A DNA stretch of 61,725 nt, filler included. It is 6 parts of 6 records of this genome, joined end to end, with 100 filler letters (N's around TTAATTAATTAA, not from the genome) between each part and the next. Parts side by side here need not be neighbours in the genome. Positions count along the whole stretch, not along the records: positions 1 to 13,792 come from DRR723986_8332; positions 13,893 to 25,196 come from DRR723986_8339; 4 more parts are not named here. One strand, written 5' to 3'. Of the stretch, positions 10,688 to 21,230 are shown one piece after another. A program made the position numbers and the translations under genes. Below the pieces are notes generated by a model. It was not told where the DNA came from, ran no database searches, and was given only the letters and a program-made list of their open reading frames with translations. Within the stretch, counting starts at the first letter, position 1. Each line of letters begins with the position of its first letter.

Positions 10688-12425
10688 ATCGCCTGACAGT
10701 GGTTTTGGCGTTGGCGATCTGCTGGGACTTGGCAGTCAGTCGGTGCGTAAGAATTATTATCCGGCCTTGCAGGAACGTATTGAGGAACTGGAGCGGGAGC
10801 GCAACCGTTACAAATGGCTGTTCGAAAACGCGCTGCATGGCATTTTTCAGGCCAATCTGCGGGGTGGTTTTCTGGCCTGCAACCCGGCGATGGCGCGGAT
10901 TTGCGGATACGACAGCCCTGAACAGCTACAGAACCGGATGATCCGGCTCCGCGAACAGCTTTTTTTCAGCGCCGCGGAGTTTGATGTCATTCGCCAGGAA
11001 TTGCTGGATTACGGCAGCCTTAGCGCGCGGGAGGCTCGTTTTCGTCGGGCCGACCAGTCGGCCGTCCATGTCGCCGTGACCATGCTGCGGCGGCCAGACC
11101 TCGGGCCTGAAGTGGTGGAAGCCTTTGTTGCTGATATCACTGACCGCGTTCAGGCCCGGGAAAAGCTCGAACAGCTCAACGCCGAACTGGAGCGTCGGGT
11201 GGAGGAACGCACTGAAGCGTTGCAGAACGCCAACGTGGACCTCCGCTATCAGATTGAAGAGCGCGAGAAAGTTGAGCAGGAGTTGGTGATCGCTGTCGAT
11301 GCCGCCAAAGATGCAAACCGGAGCAAAGACAAGTATCTGGCCGCCGCGAGTCACGATTTACTTCAGCCGTTGAATGCCGCCCGGCTCATGATCTCGGCGT
11401 TGCAGGACAGCACCCTGCCCGATGCCGAACGCCGGATGGTGCACCAGGCCCACCGTGCTCTGGAAGGCGCAGAGGATCTTCTGGCCGATTTGCTGGACAT
11501 CTCCAAGCTGGATCAGCAGGCGATGAAGCCCGATCTGGTGTATACCGACGTCGATGAGCTGGCGCGCAGTCTCGGCAGCGAGTTTGAAGCCGTGGCGGCC
11601 AACGCAGGGCTTGGTTTTCGGGTCCGTTCTTCACCGGCCATGGTGCGCACGGACCAACGTATGCTCACCCGTATTCTTCGAAACCTGCTCAGCAATGCCT
11701 TCCGTTACACGCGGTCCGGTGGTGTGATGCTGGCCGTGCGTGTGCGCGATGATGACGTTCGGCTCGAAGTCTGGGATACCGGCGTCGGGATTGATGCCGC
11801 CAAGCTCGATGAAATCTTTACCGAGTTTCATCAGATCCTGCCGCCGGGGAGCGGTGGCAGGCAAGGGGTTGGCCTTGGGCTGGCCATTGTCGAGCGAATG
11901 GTTCGGGTTTTGGGCTATCGGATTGACGTGGCGTCAAGACCCGGGCTTGGCTCTCGCTTCACCGTAACGCTGCCACGCGTTCCCGTGCCAACGTTGCAGG
12001 CCTTTGCGAAGCCTGCCCCGGCCGTGTCGACAGACCGCGGTTTTGAGGGAGCTCCGGTTCTGGTCATTGATAACGAGCCAGCCGTTCTTGAGAGCATGGC
12101 GATGCTTCTCAGTCGATGGGGGTGTGTCGTGATTACGGCCGGTGGCCGGGATCATGCCCTGGCCCGACTGGATGAATCCGGCTTGACTCCGAGAGCTGTG
12201 CTTGCGGATTACCATCTCGATGACGGCCAGACCGGTTTTGATGCCATTCACTCGGTGCGGCGACATCTGGCGATGGACCTGCCCGGGGCCATCATTACGG
12301 CTGATCGCAGTGACGAGACGCGGGCCTTGTTACGAGCCCAGTATCTTCCTGTATTGAATAAACCGGTCAAGCCCAACCGACTGCGGGCATTGCTGACCAG
12401 CCTGATTGCCTCGTCGTCGTTCTGA
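10671..12425 (+). CDS. ercS: NahK/ErcS-family hybrid sensor histidine kinase (PAS-HisKA-HATPase-REC)
   Basis: LLGLGSQSVRKNYYP N-terminus, AASHDLLQPL H-box, N/G boxes, C-terminal receiver domain (LADYHLD, KP). Overlaps the end of ercA. Confidence 0.85.
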   Translation: MKKPSESPDSGFGVGDLLGLGSQSVRKNYYPALQERIEELERERNRYKWLFENALHGIFQANLRGGFLACNPAMARICGYDSPEQLQNRMIRLREQLFFSAAEFDVIRQELLDYGSLSAREARFRRADQSAVHVAVTMLRRPDLGPEVVEAFVADITDRVQAREKLEQLNAELERRVEERTEALQNANVDLRYQIEEREKVEQELVIAVDAAKDANRSKDKYLAAASHDLLQPLNAARLMISALQDSTLPDAERRMVHQAHRALEGAEDLLADLLDISKLDQQAMKPDLVYTDVDELARSLGSEFEAVAANAGLGFRVRSSPAMVRTDQRMLTRILRNLLSNAFRYTRSGGVMLAVRVRDDDVRLEVWDTGVGIDAAKLDEIFTEFHQILPPGSGGRQGVGLGLAIVERMVRVLGYRIDVASRPGLGSRFTVTLPRVPVPTLQAFAKPAPAVSTDRGFEGAPVLVIDNEPAVLESMAMLLSRWGCVVITAGGRDHALARLDESGLTPRAVLADYHLDDGQTGFDAIHSVRRHLAMDLPGAIITADRSDETRALLRAQYLPVLNKPVKPNRLRALLTSLIASSSF

Positions 12426-12427
12426 CG

Positions 12428-12446
12428 CTGTAAGACCGTCTTACAG
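12428..12446. promoter_or_regulatory. Perfect 19-bp palindrome, probable transcription-factor site upstream of the CotH-like gene
   Basis: CTGTAAGAC-C-GTCTTACAG with a 1-nt centre and no U-tract. Confidence 0.5.
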
Positions 12447-12526
12447 ACTCCCGTGCATTCCATCCGCAATACTTCCTGAAGCCGGTTTTCCCCCGGCCAC
12501 GATAGACAATCTTCAGGGAGTGGTTC

Positions 12527-13792
12527 ATGACAACAACAGGATTCAGAACATCGTGGGGGCGCTGCCGCTGGCTAATGGCAGGCATGGCGTTGGTGGTGCT
12601 GCAGGGCTGCGGGGGCGGAGGCTCGGATTCTTCTGATCCCTCAGACTTCGATGCTCCGGTTGAGCCGGTCAACATTGGTGGCGACGGCGACCTTTACGCC
12701 CCGGATCGGATAATGGCCGTGGACATTCGTATGTCCGATGATGATTTCGAAAAGCTGCGTGCCGAGGGGCGTACCCTGGCGAGCACGGATCGCGAGTGTA
12801 TACCGCCGTTTGAATACACGGAATTTACCGCGCGTGTGTCGATTGATGGCGATCGGATGGACAACGTCATTGTTCGCAAAAAGGGTTATATGGGTTCTCT
12901 CAGCCCAAGCATTCCCTCTCTCAAGCTGGATTTCAACGACCTGCAAAAAGGCCGGACCTACCAGAATTCCTCACGGATGACCCTGAACAACAATCGCCAG
13001 GATCCTTCCAATGCCAGGCAATGCATGGCGTATGACCAGTTCCGTGAAGCCGGCATTGCGGCGCCAAGATGCAACTACGCCAGGGTAACCGTGAACGGCG
13101 AAACACTCGGCGTGTTTACCAATGCAGAGCCTCTTAAAAAGCCTTTCCTGACCCGTGCGTTCGGCAACGATGAGGGTAATCAGTATGAGGCGCAGACCGC
13201 CGATTTTGGTACCTGGCTGAGCCAGCGATTCGAGAAGAAGACCAACGAAAAGGAAAACGACCGCAGCGATCTGCAAGCCGTTGCAGAAGCTCTGGCGTTG
13301 CCAGATGAGCAGATGCTGAACGTGTTGCCGCAGTTGGTCGATGTGGACGAGTTCATCCGCTTCTGGGCGGTGGAAACCTTGCTCGGCGCCTGGGATTCCG
13401 CCACCGGCAATGCCAACAACTTCCACATTTACCGTAATCCGGAGGACGGACTGTTCCATTTCATTCCCTGGGGGGCGGACACGGCTTTTCGCGGGGACCA
13501 TCCGCTCAAGCCGCTAACCGGTGTTTTCTATCGCAACTTCCGGCTCGCAGATCGTCTGTTCCAGATACCCGAATACCGGGCAGCCTATTATGCGGAGCTG
13601 AAGAACCTGCTGGAGACCCAGTGGGATGAGAATGCCTTGACCGACCGCCTGGCGCGCATCCGGCAATTGACCGGAACCACCGAGGAAGCGGCGGCCAGCC
13701 TGGAACGCTTTATCATCGGCAACGGTGAGCCGGGCGACGATGATTACCAGCCCGCCCGCAGGGTTGTTCTGGAGCAGGCGATGGCGGCGGAG
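12527..13792 (+). CDS. CotH kinase family lipoprotein (3'-truncated)
   Basis: Lipobox LQGC-GGGG. Motifs VRKKG, SLKLDF, TLNNNRQDPS, APRCNYARV, WDS...NNF, FIPW fit the CotH family. Confidence 0.8.
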
Positions 13793-13892
13793 NNNNNNNN
13801 NNNNNNNNNNNNNNNNNNNNNNNNNNNNNNNNNNNNTTAATTAATTAANNNNNNNNNNNNNNNNNNNNNNNNNNNNNNNNNNNNNNNNNNNN
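13793..13892. other. Artificial contig spacer
   Basis: 44 N + TTAATTAATTAA (stops in all six frames) + 44 N. Confidence 0.99.
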
Positions 13893-14565
13893 TCTGAACG
13901 TGATGATGGATGTGGACCGGACACAGACCCTGCTCACGGCGACCCTGCGAAGCACGCACAGTTCTGCGGTGCGGGCGCTGGCGCAGAACGCAGAAACCTG
14001 GCTGTCTGAAAACGAACCGGAAATTGCGACCCGTGCGGCGGGCATGGGTATCGCATTTGCCCGGATATCCCAACGCAACAACAGCCAAATGCTGTTTGGG
14101 TTTGTGACTGTACTAGGAATAGTCTCCTTCACCCTTGTCCTTACCCTGCGCAGCCTGCGGCACGGGATCATCAGCCTTGTGCCAAATCTGGTGCCTGCGC
14201 TGTTGGCGTTTGGGCTTTGGGGATGGGCCATTGGCGATCTGAATTTAGGATCAACAGTGGTGACCACAATGACATTTGGCATTGTGGTGGATGACACGGT
14301 ACATTTTCTGATGCACTACCTGCGGGAAAGACGTCGTGGGCTCAGTGTGGAAACCGCTTTGGAAGAAACTTTTGCCGTGGTCGGCTCTTCCATCACACTT
14401 ACGTCTATCGCATTGATATTGGGCTTTGGCATCATGACCGCCTCAGGCTTTTCCATCAATCAACACATCGGTATGCTGACCGCCACGGTGATCGCTTTTG
14501 CATTGCTGTCCGATCTGTTGTTATTGCCTGCCCTGCTTCGAACCTTTCAAGGAAAGTCACTATGA
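13893..14565 (+). CDS. MMPL/RND-family transporter (5'-truncated)
   Basis: Several TM helices with PNLVP and GIVVDDTVHF RND motifs. Confidence 0.85.
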
Positions 14566-15359
14566 TGCTGATCCGCCGCACCCTGTTTGGGGCCGCCCTT
14601 GGCCTGTTGGCCCTTGGGGCCGGCATGGCAGCCGCTGAAACTGCCGAACAGCGCGGGTTGCGCCTTGCGACGGAGGCATCGAACCGCAACGGGGGCTATG
14701 AAGACATCACCGTGTCCGGCGAGATGATCCTCAAAACGTCTGGCGGGCAATCCGCAACCCGCCGTTTCGATGCCAGATGGGTCACAACTGGGGCGGGCGC
14801 CTCGCGGTCTATGCTAATCTTTCGTTGGCCGGGCGACATTCGCAACACCGCTTTGCTGACACATGTCTTTACCGGAAAAAAGGACGACCAGTGGCTGTAC
14901 CTGCCGGCAATGGAGCGGGTGCGCCGGATTTCCGGCTCGGGGCGTTCGGGCTCATTTGTCGGCAGTGAATTTGCATTTGAGGACATGGCCGATCAAGAGG
15001 TAGACAAGTTCAAACACCAATGGATTGGTGAACAGAACTGCCCCGGTGGCGGCCGCTGCCATGTGATCGACAGGTTCCCGACGTCCAAGTCTGGCTACAG
15101 CCGCCAGCGGATCTGGTTGGATACAGCGCACCTGCGGTTGCAACAGGTGCATTACTTTGATCGCCGCGGGGCGCATCTCAAGACCTTGTCCCTATCAGGA
15201 TACCGCCAATACAACGGGCGGTTCTGGCGGTCATCGCGCATGGATATGGTGAACCATTTGACAGGCGCGCGCACCCGGTTGAATTGGAAAGGCTACAAAT
15301 TCAATCAAGGGCTGCAAAAGAACGCGTTTACCGTCAACGCCTTGCGCCGGATCAGATAA
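14562..15359 (+). CDS. Outer-membrane lipoprotein-sorting (LolA-like) periplasmic protein
   Basis: Signal peptide and DDQWLYLPAMERVRRI...SFVGSEFAFED motif. Translationally coupled to the MMPL gene. Confidence 0.85.
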   Translation: MMLIRRTLFGAALGLLALGAGMAAAETAEQRGLRLATEASNRNGGYEDITVSGEMILKTSGGQSATRRFDARWVTTGAGASRSMLIFRWPGDIRNTALLTHVFTGKKDDQWLYLPAMERVRRISGSGRSGSFVGSEFAFEDMADQEVDKFKHQWIGEQNCPGGGRCHVIDRFPTSKSGYSRQRIWLDTAHLRLQQVHYFDRRGAHLKTLSLSGYRQYNGRFWRSSRMDMVNHLTGARTRLNWKGYKFNQGLQKNAFTVNALRRIR

Positions 15360-15370
15360 GGCCCATCTGC

Positions 15371-16129
15371 CTACTCGGCCAGTTGCAGCGTGAAACCCTG
15401 TTTGGCCGCCGGGCCGGTTTCTTGTGGCGCGGCTTCGGTTACGATCATGGGCGTGCCACCCGCAGGGGGCAGGACCAGTCCGACCAAGTCCGTTGCGGCC
15501 AAGAACTTGCTGCTGTCGATGGCATAGATCGTTTGCCGGGCGATGGCGGACATCGCGACCGAGATGTCATATTCGCATTGCTCGGCCACGCGAATGCCCT
15601 GCATGGGATCAACCTGAGCAGCGGTCAGGATCGCATAATCGACCTGCATCCGCTCAATCACCTCAAAGGCGGTCCGGTCGAACGAGGCACCGTCATAGTC
15701 GCGCAATTGCGTGCCCGCCATGAACACCCGGTTGCCGTGGATCAGGGCCAAAGTGCTGGCGATATAGGCGGAGTTGGTCACCACCGTGAGATCCTGACGC
15801 TTTTGCAGGGCTTGGGCCACAAAGGCCGCCGTTGAGCCGGTGTCGATCGCAACAGACGCGCCATCGGGGATCATGTTGGCAATGTGGTCTGCGATCTTGG
15901 CCTTGGCGGTGCGGTTCTGTTCCATTCGGGCGGCAAAGGGCGCGGTCAACGGGTTACCCACAGCGCGGATGGCGCCATGCAGTTTTTCGATATGACCCTG
16001 ATCGACCAGCGGTTTGATGATCCGGCGCACGGTCTGGTCCGTCACATCCAGCATCCGCGCCAGATCAGTGACCGAGACGGTCCCGCGCAAAGCGACGATG
16101 TTGGCTATTTGTTGATCATATTTCCCCAT
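15371..16129 (-). CDS. DeoR/GlpR-family transcriptional regulator
   Basis: N-terminal HTH (VTDQTVRR...HGA) and sensor domain motifs IDTGST, VVTNS, DSSKF. Confidence 0.9.
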   Translation of the reverse strand: MGKYDQQIANIVALRGTVSVTDLARMLDVTDQTVRRIIKPLVDQGHIEKLHGAIRAVGNPLTAPFAARMEQNRTAKAKIADHIANMIPDGASVAIDTGSTAAFVAQALQKRQDLTVVTNSAYIASTLALIHGNRVFMAGTQLRDYDGASFDRTAFEVIERMQVDYAILTAAQVDPMQGIRVAEQCEYDISVAMSAIARQTIYAIDSSKFLAATDLVGLVLPPAGGTPMIVTEAAPQETGPAAKQGFTLQLAE

Positions 16130-16165
16130 GTTTTCTGTCTATTGCAAATCCGCCCCACGGAAAAG

Positions 16166-16195
16166 CAACAAAAAATGTTGATTTGTGTTGATTTG
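16166..16195. promoter_or_regulatory. Putative DeoR operator
   Basis: CAACA-N5-TGTTG palindrome plus tandem TGTTGATTTG x2 in the divergent promoter. A similar motif occurs at 21231-21295. Confidence 0.55.
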
Positions 16196-16232
16196 GTGTC
16201 ATGCTGAGAGGGACTCACTTGGCGGACCCACA

Positions 16233-18656
16233 ATGACACAGCATCACGTAAAACATCTTATCATCGGCGGCGGCATCATCGGATGTTCCACCGCCTATCA
16301 TCTGGCCAAGAATGGCGAGACCGATATCGTCCTGCTGGAAAAGGCGGCCTTGACCGAAGGGGCGACCTGGCATGCGGCGGGGTTGGTCGGGCAGCTGCGG
16401 TCCTCGCGCAACACCACGCGGATGCTCAAACGGTCCGTGGCGATGTACGATGCGCTTGAGGCGGAAACTGGCATGGCGTTTGACTGGAAAAAGGTCGGAT
16501 CGCTGCGGCTGGCGGCGACCAAGGAACGCCTGCTTGAGGCGCAGCGCCTAACAACCATGGCCCGCAGTTTCGATCTGGAAATGTCGATGATCACCGCCGA
16601 AGAGGCCAAGGATCTGTTCCCCTATATTGACGCAAGCGGGCTGGAAGGCGCGGCTTATATCCCGTCGGACGGTCATGTGGACCCGGCCAGCCTGTGCCAG
16701 ACAATTGCATCCGCGGCCCGCCAGATGGGCGTGGATATCCGCCAAGGGGTGAAGGTCGAGGATTTCGCAGTGACCGAGGGCAAGATCACCGAAGTCATCA
16801 CCGATCACGGCAATTACACCGCCGAAACGGTGATCATGGCCGCCGGTATGTGGAGCCGCGAATTGGGTGCAAAGCTTGGCATCAAGGTGCCGGCCTGCGC
16901 GGTTGAGCATCAATATATTGTCACCGAACCCTTGCCGCAGCCCGAATTGGTAAAAGGTCTGCCGACCCTGCGTGATCCCGAAAGGTTGGTTTACTACAAG
17001 CCAGACGCAGGCGGGCGGCTGGTCATTGGCGGTTATGAAGAAGGCACCTTGCCATTTGGTGACACCGGCATTCCCGGTGAATTTGTGCGCCAATTGTTGC
17101 CCGACAATCTGGACCGGTTTGGACCGCTGGCCGAACTGGCCGCCGAGGTCACTCCGGTGCTCAACGAGGTGGGCATCCGGCAGGTGATCAACGGGCCGAT
17201 CCCCTATTCGGCGGATGGTGATTTTGTCATGGGCTGGGCGCCGGCTTTTGACAATCTGATGATGGCGACGGGGTTCCTTTATGGCATCGCGGCTGGGGGC
17301 GGTGCGGGCGAGATGATTGCGGAGTGGATCATAGAGGGACGGCCATCGCTGGATCTATGGCCATTGGACGTGCGCCGCTTTGGCCCGCACCACGGCAGCC
17401 GCGCCTTTATGTACCCCCGCGCGGTGGAGCATTACGCCCATCACTACAAAATGCGCTATCCCGGACAGGAACATGAAACCGCGCGGCAATTGCGCCTGTC
17501 GCCGCTTTATCAAACGTTGAAAGACAAAGGCGCGGTTTACGGATCGAAAAACGGTTGGGAGCGCCCTTTGTGGTTTGCGCCGGACGGGGTGGAGCCCGTG
17601 GACCAGCTGGACTTTCTGAACCCCGGCTGGCACCAGTTCGCCGAACAGGAACACAGGGCGGTGCGCGAGGGTGCGGCGCTGATTGATCAATCCAGCTTTG
17701 CCAAGTTTGAGATGTTCGGCCCTGCCGCCCTGGACACGCTGCAACATCTTGCCGCATGCAACATGGACAAGCCCGTGGGCAGCGTCATCTATGCGCAGCT
17801 GTGTAACGAGACGGGCGGGATCGAGGCGGATCTGACCATCGCGCGGCTGGGCGCGGATCATTTCTATATCGTCACCGGATCAGGCTTTGGCGTGCATGAC
17901 GCCGACTGGATTCGCCGCCATATGCCCAAAGATGGGAGTTGTCATTTGATCGAAGTGACCTCTGCCCGTGCGGTGATCAACATTTGCGGCCCCAAATCGC
18001 GGGAGGTGTTGCAATCGATCTGCGAGGAAGACCTTTCAAACGCGGCTTTCCCCTTTGGCACGGCGCAAGACATCACATTGGGCGCGGCGCCTGTGCGGGC
18101 GGTGCGCATTGGATTTGTTGGCGAATTGGGCTGGGAATTGCACGTGCCAACCGAATTTGGCGCACATGTCTATGACCAACTGTGGCAGGCAGGGCAGGGG
18201 CAGGGCATCCGCAATGTCGGCTACCGCGCCATCGACAGCCTGCGGTTGGAAAAGGGTTATCTCTATTGGTCGGGTGACATCTCCCCTGATTACACGCCTA
18301 TCGAGGCGGGGCTTGGGTTCCGTGTGCATCTCAAATCGGGCGGTGATTTTATGGGCCGCGCGGTTCTGGCGCAGCAAAAGCAGGACGGGCCAAAGCGCCG
18401 TCTATGTACCTTTGTCACCGAGGCCAAGCTGCCGCTTTATGGGGGGGAGACGATCATCCACAACGGGCAAACGGTCTCGCTTGCTACGGCGGCGGGGTTT
18501 GGGCACAGCGCCGGGAAAACCATCCTTTTTGGGTATCTGGACAAGTCTCTATGGGAGCAGGCCGATTTCGAGGTTGAGGTGTTTGGCAAACGCCATCCCA
18601 TCGCCAAGGTCGACGGGCCGCTATACGATCCTGAAAACACACGACTGAAATCTTGA
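16233..18656 (+). CDS. GcvT-family FAD-dependent oxidoreductase (dimethylglycine/sarcosine dehydrogenase-like)
   Basis: IIGGGIIG FAD motif, TWHAAG covalent-FAD motif, C-terminal THF-binding GcvT domain (GELGWELH, SLRLEKG). Confidence 0.9.
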   Translation: MTQHHVKHLIIGGGIIGCSTAYHLAKNGETDIVLLEKAALTEGATWHAAGLVGQLRSSRNTTRMLKRSVAMYDALEAETGMAFDWKKVGSLRLAATKERLLEAQRLTTMARSFDLEMSMITAEEAKDLFPYIDASGLEGAAYIPSDGHVDPASLCQTIASAARQMGVDIRQGVKVEDFAVTEGKITEVITDHGNYTAETVIMAAGMWSRELGAKLGIKVPACAVEHQYIVTEPLPQPELVKGLPTLRDPERLVYYKPDAGGRLVIGGYEEGTLPFGDTGIPGEFVRQLLPDNLDRFGPLAELAAEVTPVLNEVGIRQVINGPIPYSADGDFVMGWAPAFDNLMMATGFLYGIAAGGGAGEMIAEWIIEGRPSLDLWPLDVRRFGPHHGSRAFMYPRAVEHYAHHYKMRYPGQEHETARQLRLSPLYQTLKDKGAVYGSKNGWERPLWFAPDGVEPVDQLDFLNPGWHQFAEQEHRAVREGAALIDQSSFAKFEMFGPAALDTLQHLAACNMDKPVGSVIYAQLCNETGGIEADLTIARLGADHFYIVTGSGFGVHDADWIRRHMPKDGSCHLIEVTSARAVINICGPKSREVLQSICEEDLSNAAFPFGTAQDITLGAAPVRAVRIGFVGELGWELHVPTEFGAHVYDQLWQAGQGQGIRNVGYRAIDSLRLEKGYLYWSGDISPDYTPIEAGLGFRVHLKSGGDFMGRAVLAQQKQDGPKRRLCTFVTEAKLPLYGGETIIHNGQTVSLATAAGFGHSAGKTILFGYLDKSLWEQADFEVEVFGKRHPIAKVDGPLYDPENTRLKS

Positions 18657-18670
18657 GGGGAGGTTTGGAT

Positions 18671-19600
18671 ATGACAGAACATGCAACGCGGGTGTTGGAG
18701 CAGCTGAAGGTGCTGCCGGAGTTTGCTGAACTGACCGAAGAAAACTGCACCATCACGCGGCTTGGCGGGCTGACCAATCTGGTACACCGCGTCGATTGTG
18801 AGGCAGGCAGCGTGATCGTGCGCATTCCCGGCGATGGCACCGAGGAATATATCGACCGCGCGGTCGAGATCACCAATGCCAACGCCGCCCATGCGGCAGG
18901 CGTTTCACCAGAGGTTCTTTGGGCCGAGGCCGAAACCGGCGTGATGATTTCAACCGCCGTGCCGGACATCACCACGATGACCCCGCAGAATTTCAAAACC
19001 ATTCCCGGCGCGGCAGAGCGGGCCGGAAAGGCGCTGGCCCAATTGCACACTTCCGGCGAAGTTTTCGACTTCCGGTTTGAGCTGTTTGCGATGATTGATG
19101 ACTATCTCAAAATCCTGTCGACCAAGGACGTGGACCTGCCCGATGGTTATCACGATGTGGTCAAAGCAGCCCAACCGGTCAAGGCGGCGTTGGCGGCCAA
19201 TCCTGCGCCGCTCGCCCCCTGCCATTGTGATCCTTTGTCCGAAAACTTTCTCGATGACGGGGCAAAGATGTGGATCGTGGATTGGGAATACTCGGGCATG
19301 AACGATCCGCTGTGGGATGTGGGGGATCTGTCCGTGGAGGCCGAGATGGATGCGGAGAAAGAGGAGGAGCTGCTGCAAGGTTACTTTGGCCGCGCCCCCA
19401 CCGCCGAGGAAACGGGCCGCGTTGTGATCTATAAGGCGATGTGTGATCTGCTGTGGACCCTTTGGGGCTTGATCCAGCATGCGGACGGCAATGACGCCGA
19501 AGACTTCTGGGCCTATGCCACCGGACGGTTTGCCCGCTGCCGTGCGTTGATGGACAGCCCTGATTTCGACGCCCATGTGGCGGCGGTCGCGGCGCGCTGA
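18671..19600 (+). CDS. Choline/ethanolamine kinase-like phosphotransferase
   Basis: GGLTN loop, Brenner motif CHCDPLSENF, choline-kinase motif IVDWEYSG. GGAGG RBS. Confidence 0.88.
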   Translation: MTEHATRVLEQLKVLPEFAELTEENCTITRLGGLTNLVHRVDCEAGSVIVRIPGDGTEEYIDRAVEITNANAAHAAGVSPEVLWAEAETGVMISTAVPDITTMTPQNFKTIPGAAERAGKALAQLHTSGEVFDFRFELFAMIDDYLKILSTKDVDLPDGYHDVVKAAQPVKAALAANPAPLAPCHCDPLSENFLDDGAKMWIVDWEYSGMNDPLWDVGDLSVEAEMDAEKEEELLQGYFGRAPTAEETGRVVIYKAMCDLLWTLWGLIQHADGNDAEDFWAYATGRFARCRALMDSPDFDAHVAAVAAR

Positions 19601-20359
19601 TCAGCCGGTGATTTGTGCCAGCAACGCTTGATGCAAATCCGGCGTTGCGGCAGTCACCACCCGCCCGTCAGAATGCAGTGTCAGGGCTGCGCCCTCCCAA
19701 TCGGTCATCACACCGCCCGCCGCTTCGATCAGGCTGACCAGAGGCAGGAAGTCGTAAGGCTCCAGCCCAAAATCCACGACCGCGTCTATGCGCCCTGCTG
19801 CGACCATGGCGTGCGGATAACAATCATAGGCCATGCGGCGGGTGTGGCCGATCCGGCAAAGCCGCCCGAAGAGGGCAGGGTTATGGGAGAAAATACGCTC
19901 TGCCTCGTTGATATAGACCATCGCCTGATCAAGCTGTGTGGTGGACCGGCAATGAATGGGCGTGCCATTGCATTCGGCAGTGCCGCCGCGCTGGCCGACG
20001 AAGGTTTCCCCAAGCGCGGGCATCTGCACCAACCCCAACTGCGGCACGCCGCCCACCAGATGGCCAATCAACATGCCAAATAGCGGCGATCCGGTGATGA
20101 AAGACCGCGTGCCATCAATCGGATCAATGATCCAAGAGGGACCATCCAATGATCCCTCGATCCCGTGTTCCTCGCCAAAGATCGCATGTTCGGGAAACAC
20201 CTTCGCCAGTTCTGCACGGATATAGCTTTCGGTCTCGCGGTCGGCCACCGTGACCGGGCTGTCGTCCGCCTTTTCGATGATGTCCAAAGGGGCGCGGAAA
20301 TACTGCATCGCCACGGCGCTGGCCTCATGCGCGATGCGCACTGCTTCTGACTTGATCAT
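19601..20359 (-). CDS. Inositol monophosphatase family protein (HisN-like)
   Basis: SPVTVAD, GEE, IDPIDGT, PYD, AGG motifs. Confidence 0.88.
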   Translation of the reverse strand: MIKSEAVRIAHEASAVAMQYFRAPLDIIEKADDSPVTVADRETESYIRAELAKVFPEHAIFGEEHGIEGSLDGPSWIIDPIDGTRSFITGSPLFGMLIGHLVGGVPQLGLVQMPALGETFVGQRGGTAECNGTPIHCRSTTQLDQAMVYINEAERIFSHNPALFGRLCRIGHTRRMAYDCYPHAMVAAGRIDAVVDFGLEPYDFLPLVSLIEAAGGVMTDWEGAALTLHSDGRVVTAATPDLHQALLAQITG

Positions 20360-20369
20360 CGGGATGTCC

Positions 20370-21158
20370 TTATGTTTGCGGCGTATGGATGGAGATACCC
20401 CATCCGGCGCAGGCTGTGCTCAGATCCTCGGGCGGGCGCTGGTCCGTGGCGAGGATATCGACCAGCGTGGGATCACCGATCAGAATCGGTGCCTCGCGGC
20501 CAAACTTGCTGGAATCGGCGGCCATGATCCGGGTGCCGGCCCGTTGTAGAATCAGCCGCGAAAACTGCGCCTCTTCGAGATCAAACAGCGCGAATCCCTG
20601 TCCGGCGGTGATCCCGGCAGAGGACATCACGGCAAAGTCGGTGTTGAAGTTTGCCGCAAAATCCATCGCCGCATGACCAAAGGCGCCGCCGTCATGGCTG
20701 CGCAACCGCCCGCCCGCCATATAGACACAATTGTCATTGCGCATCGCCAGCTTGGACGCCACGTGGATCGAATTGGTCACAACCGTCAGGCGATGCCGTT
20801 CGCGCAGGGCATCGGCGATATGGGCGGTGGTGCTGCCGATATCCAGAAACAAAGACGCCCCGTCAGGGATCAGTTTGCACACCGAACGGGCAATCGCCAT
20901 TTTGGCGTCGATGTTCTCGCTAAAGCGTTGTTTGAACGTGCCTTCTTCTTGTTCCTGATCCTGATCTGCGCTGCTAAGCCGGACGCCGCCATGCATCTTT
21001 TCGACCAATCCGCCCTCGACCAGAGACCGCAGATTGCGGCGCACGGTTTCGCTTGTGACATTCAACTCCGACGCGATGGCACCGACCCGCAATGATCCGC
21101 CTGCACGGCGCAGGGCGTCCATGATTTCCTGTTGGCGGTGATTGGCGAGCGGGTCCAT
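20370..21158 (-). CDS. DeoR/GlpR-family transcriptional regulator
   Basis: HTH VTSETVRRNL...HGG and LDIGSTT, VVTNS, ADSSKF motifs. Confidence 0.92.
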   Translation of the reverse strand: MDPLANHRQQEIMDALRRAGGSLRVGAIASELNVTSETVRRNLRSLVEGGLVEKMHGGVRLSSADQDQEQEEGTFKQRFSENIDAKMAIARSVCKLIPDGASLFLDIGSTTAHIADALRERHRLTVVTNSIHVASKLAMRNDNCVYMAGGRLRSHDGGAFGHAAMDFAANFNTDFAVMSSAGITAGQGFALFDLEEAQFSRLILQRAGTRIMAADSSKFGREAPILIGDPTLVDILATDQRPPEDLSTACAGWGISIHTPQT

Positions 21159-21230
21159 GACAGGGCACTTCTACAAAGGGGAAGGGTGACTTTCATTTAG
21201 GCATATCACGCCATGTCATGGCAAGTGAAA

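Noticed and set aside
13837-13848. TTAATTAATTAA recurring five times as a possible repeat, CRISPR-like unit or CtrA site
   Set aside because: Always centred in identical N runs. It is an artificial six-frame stop linker.
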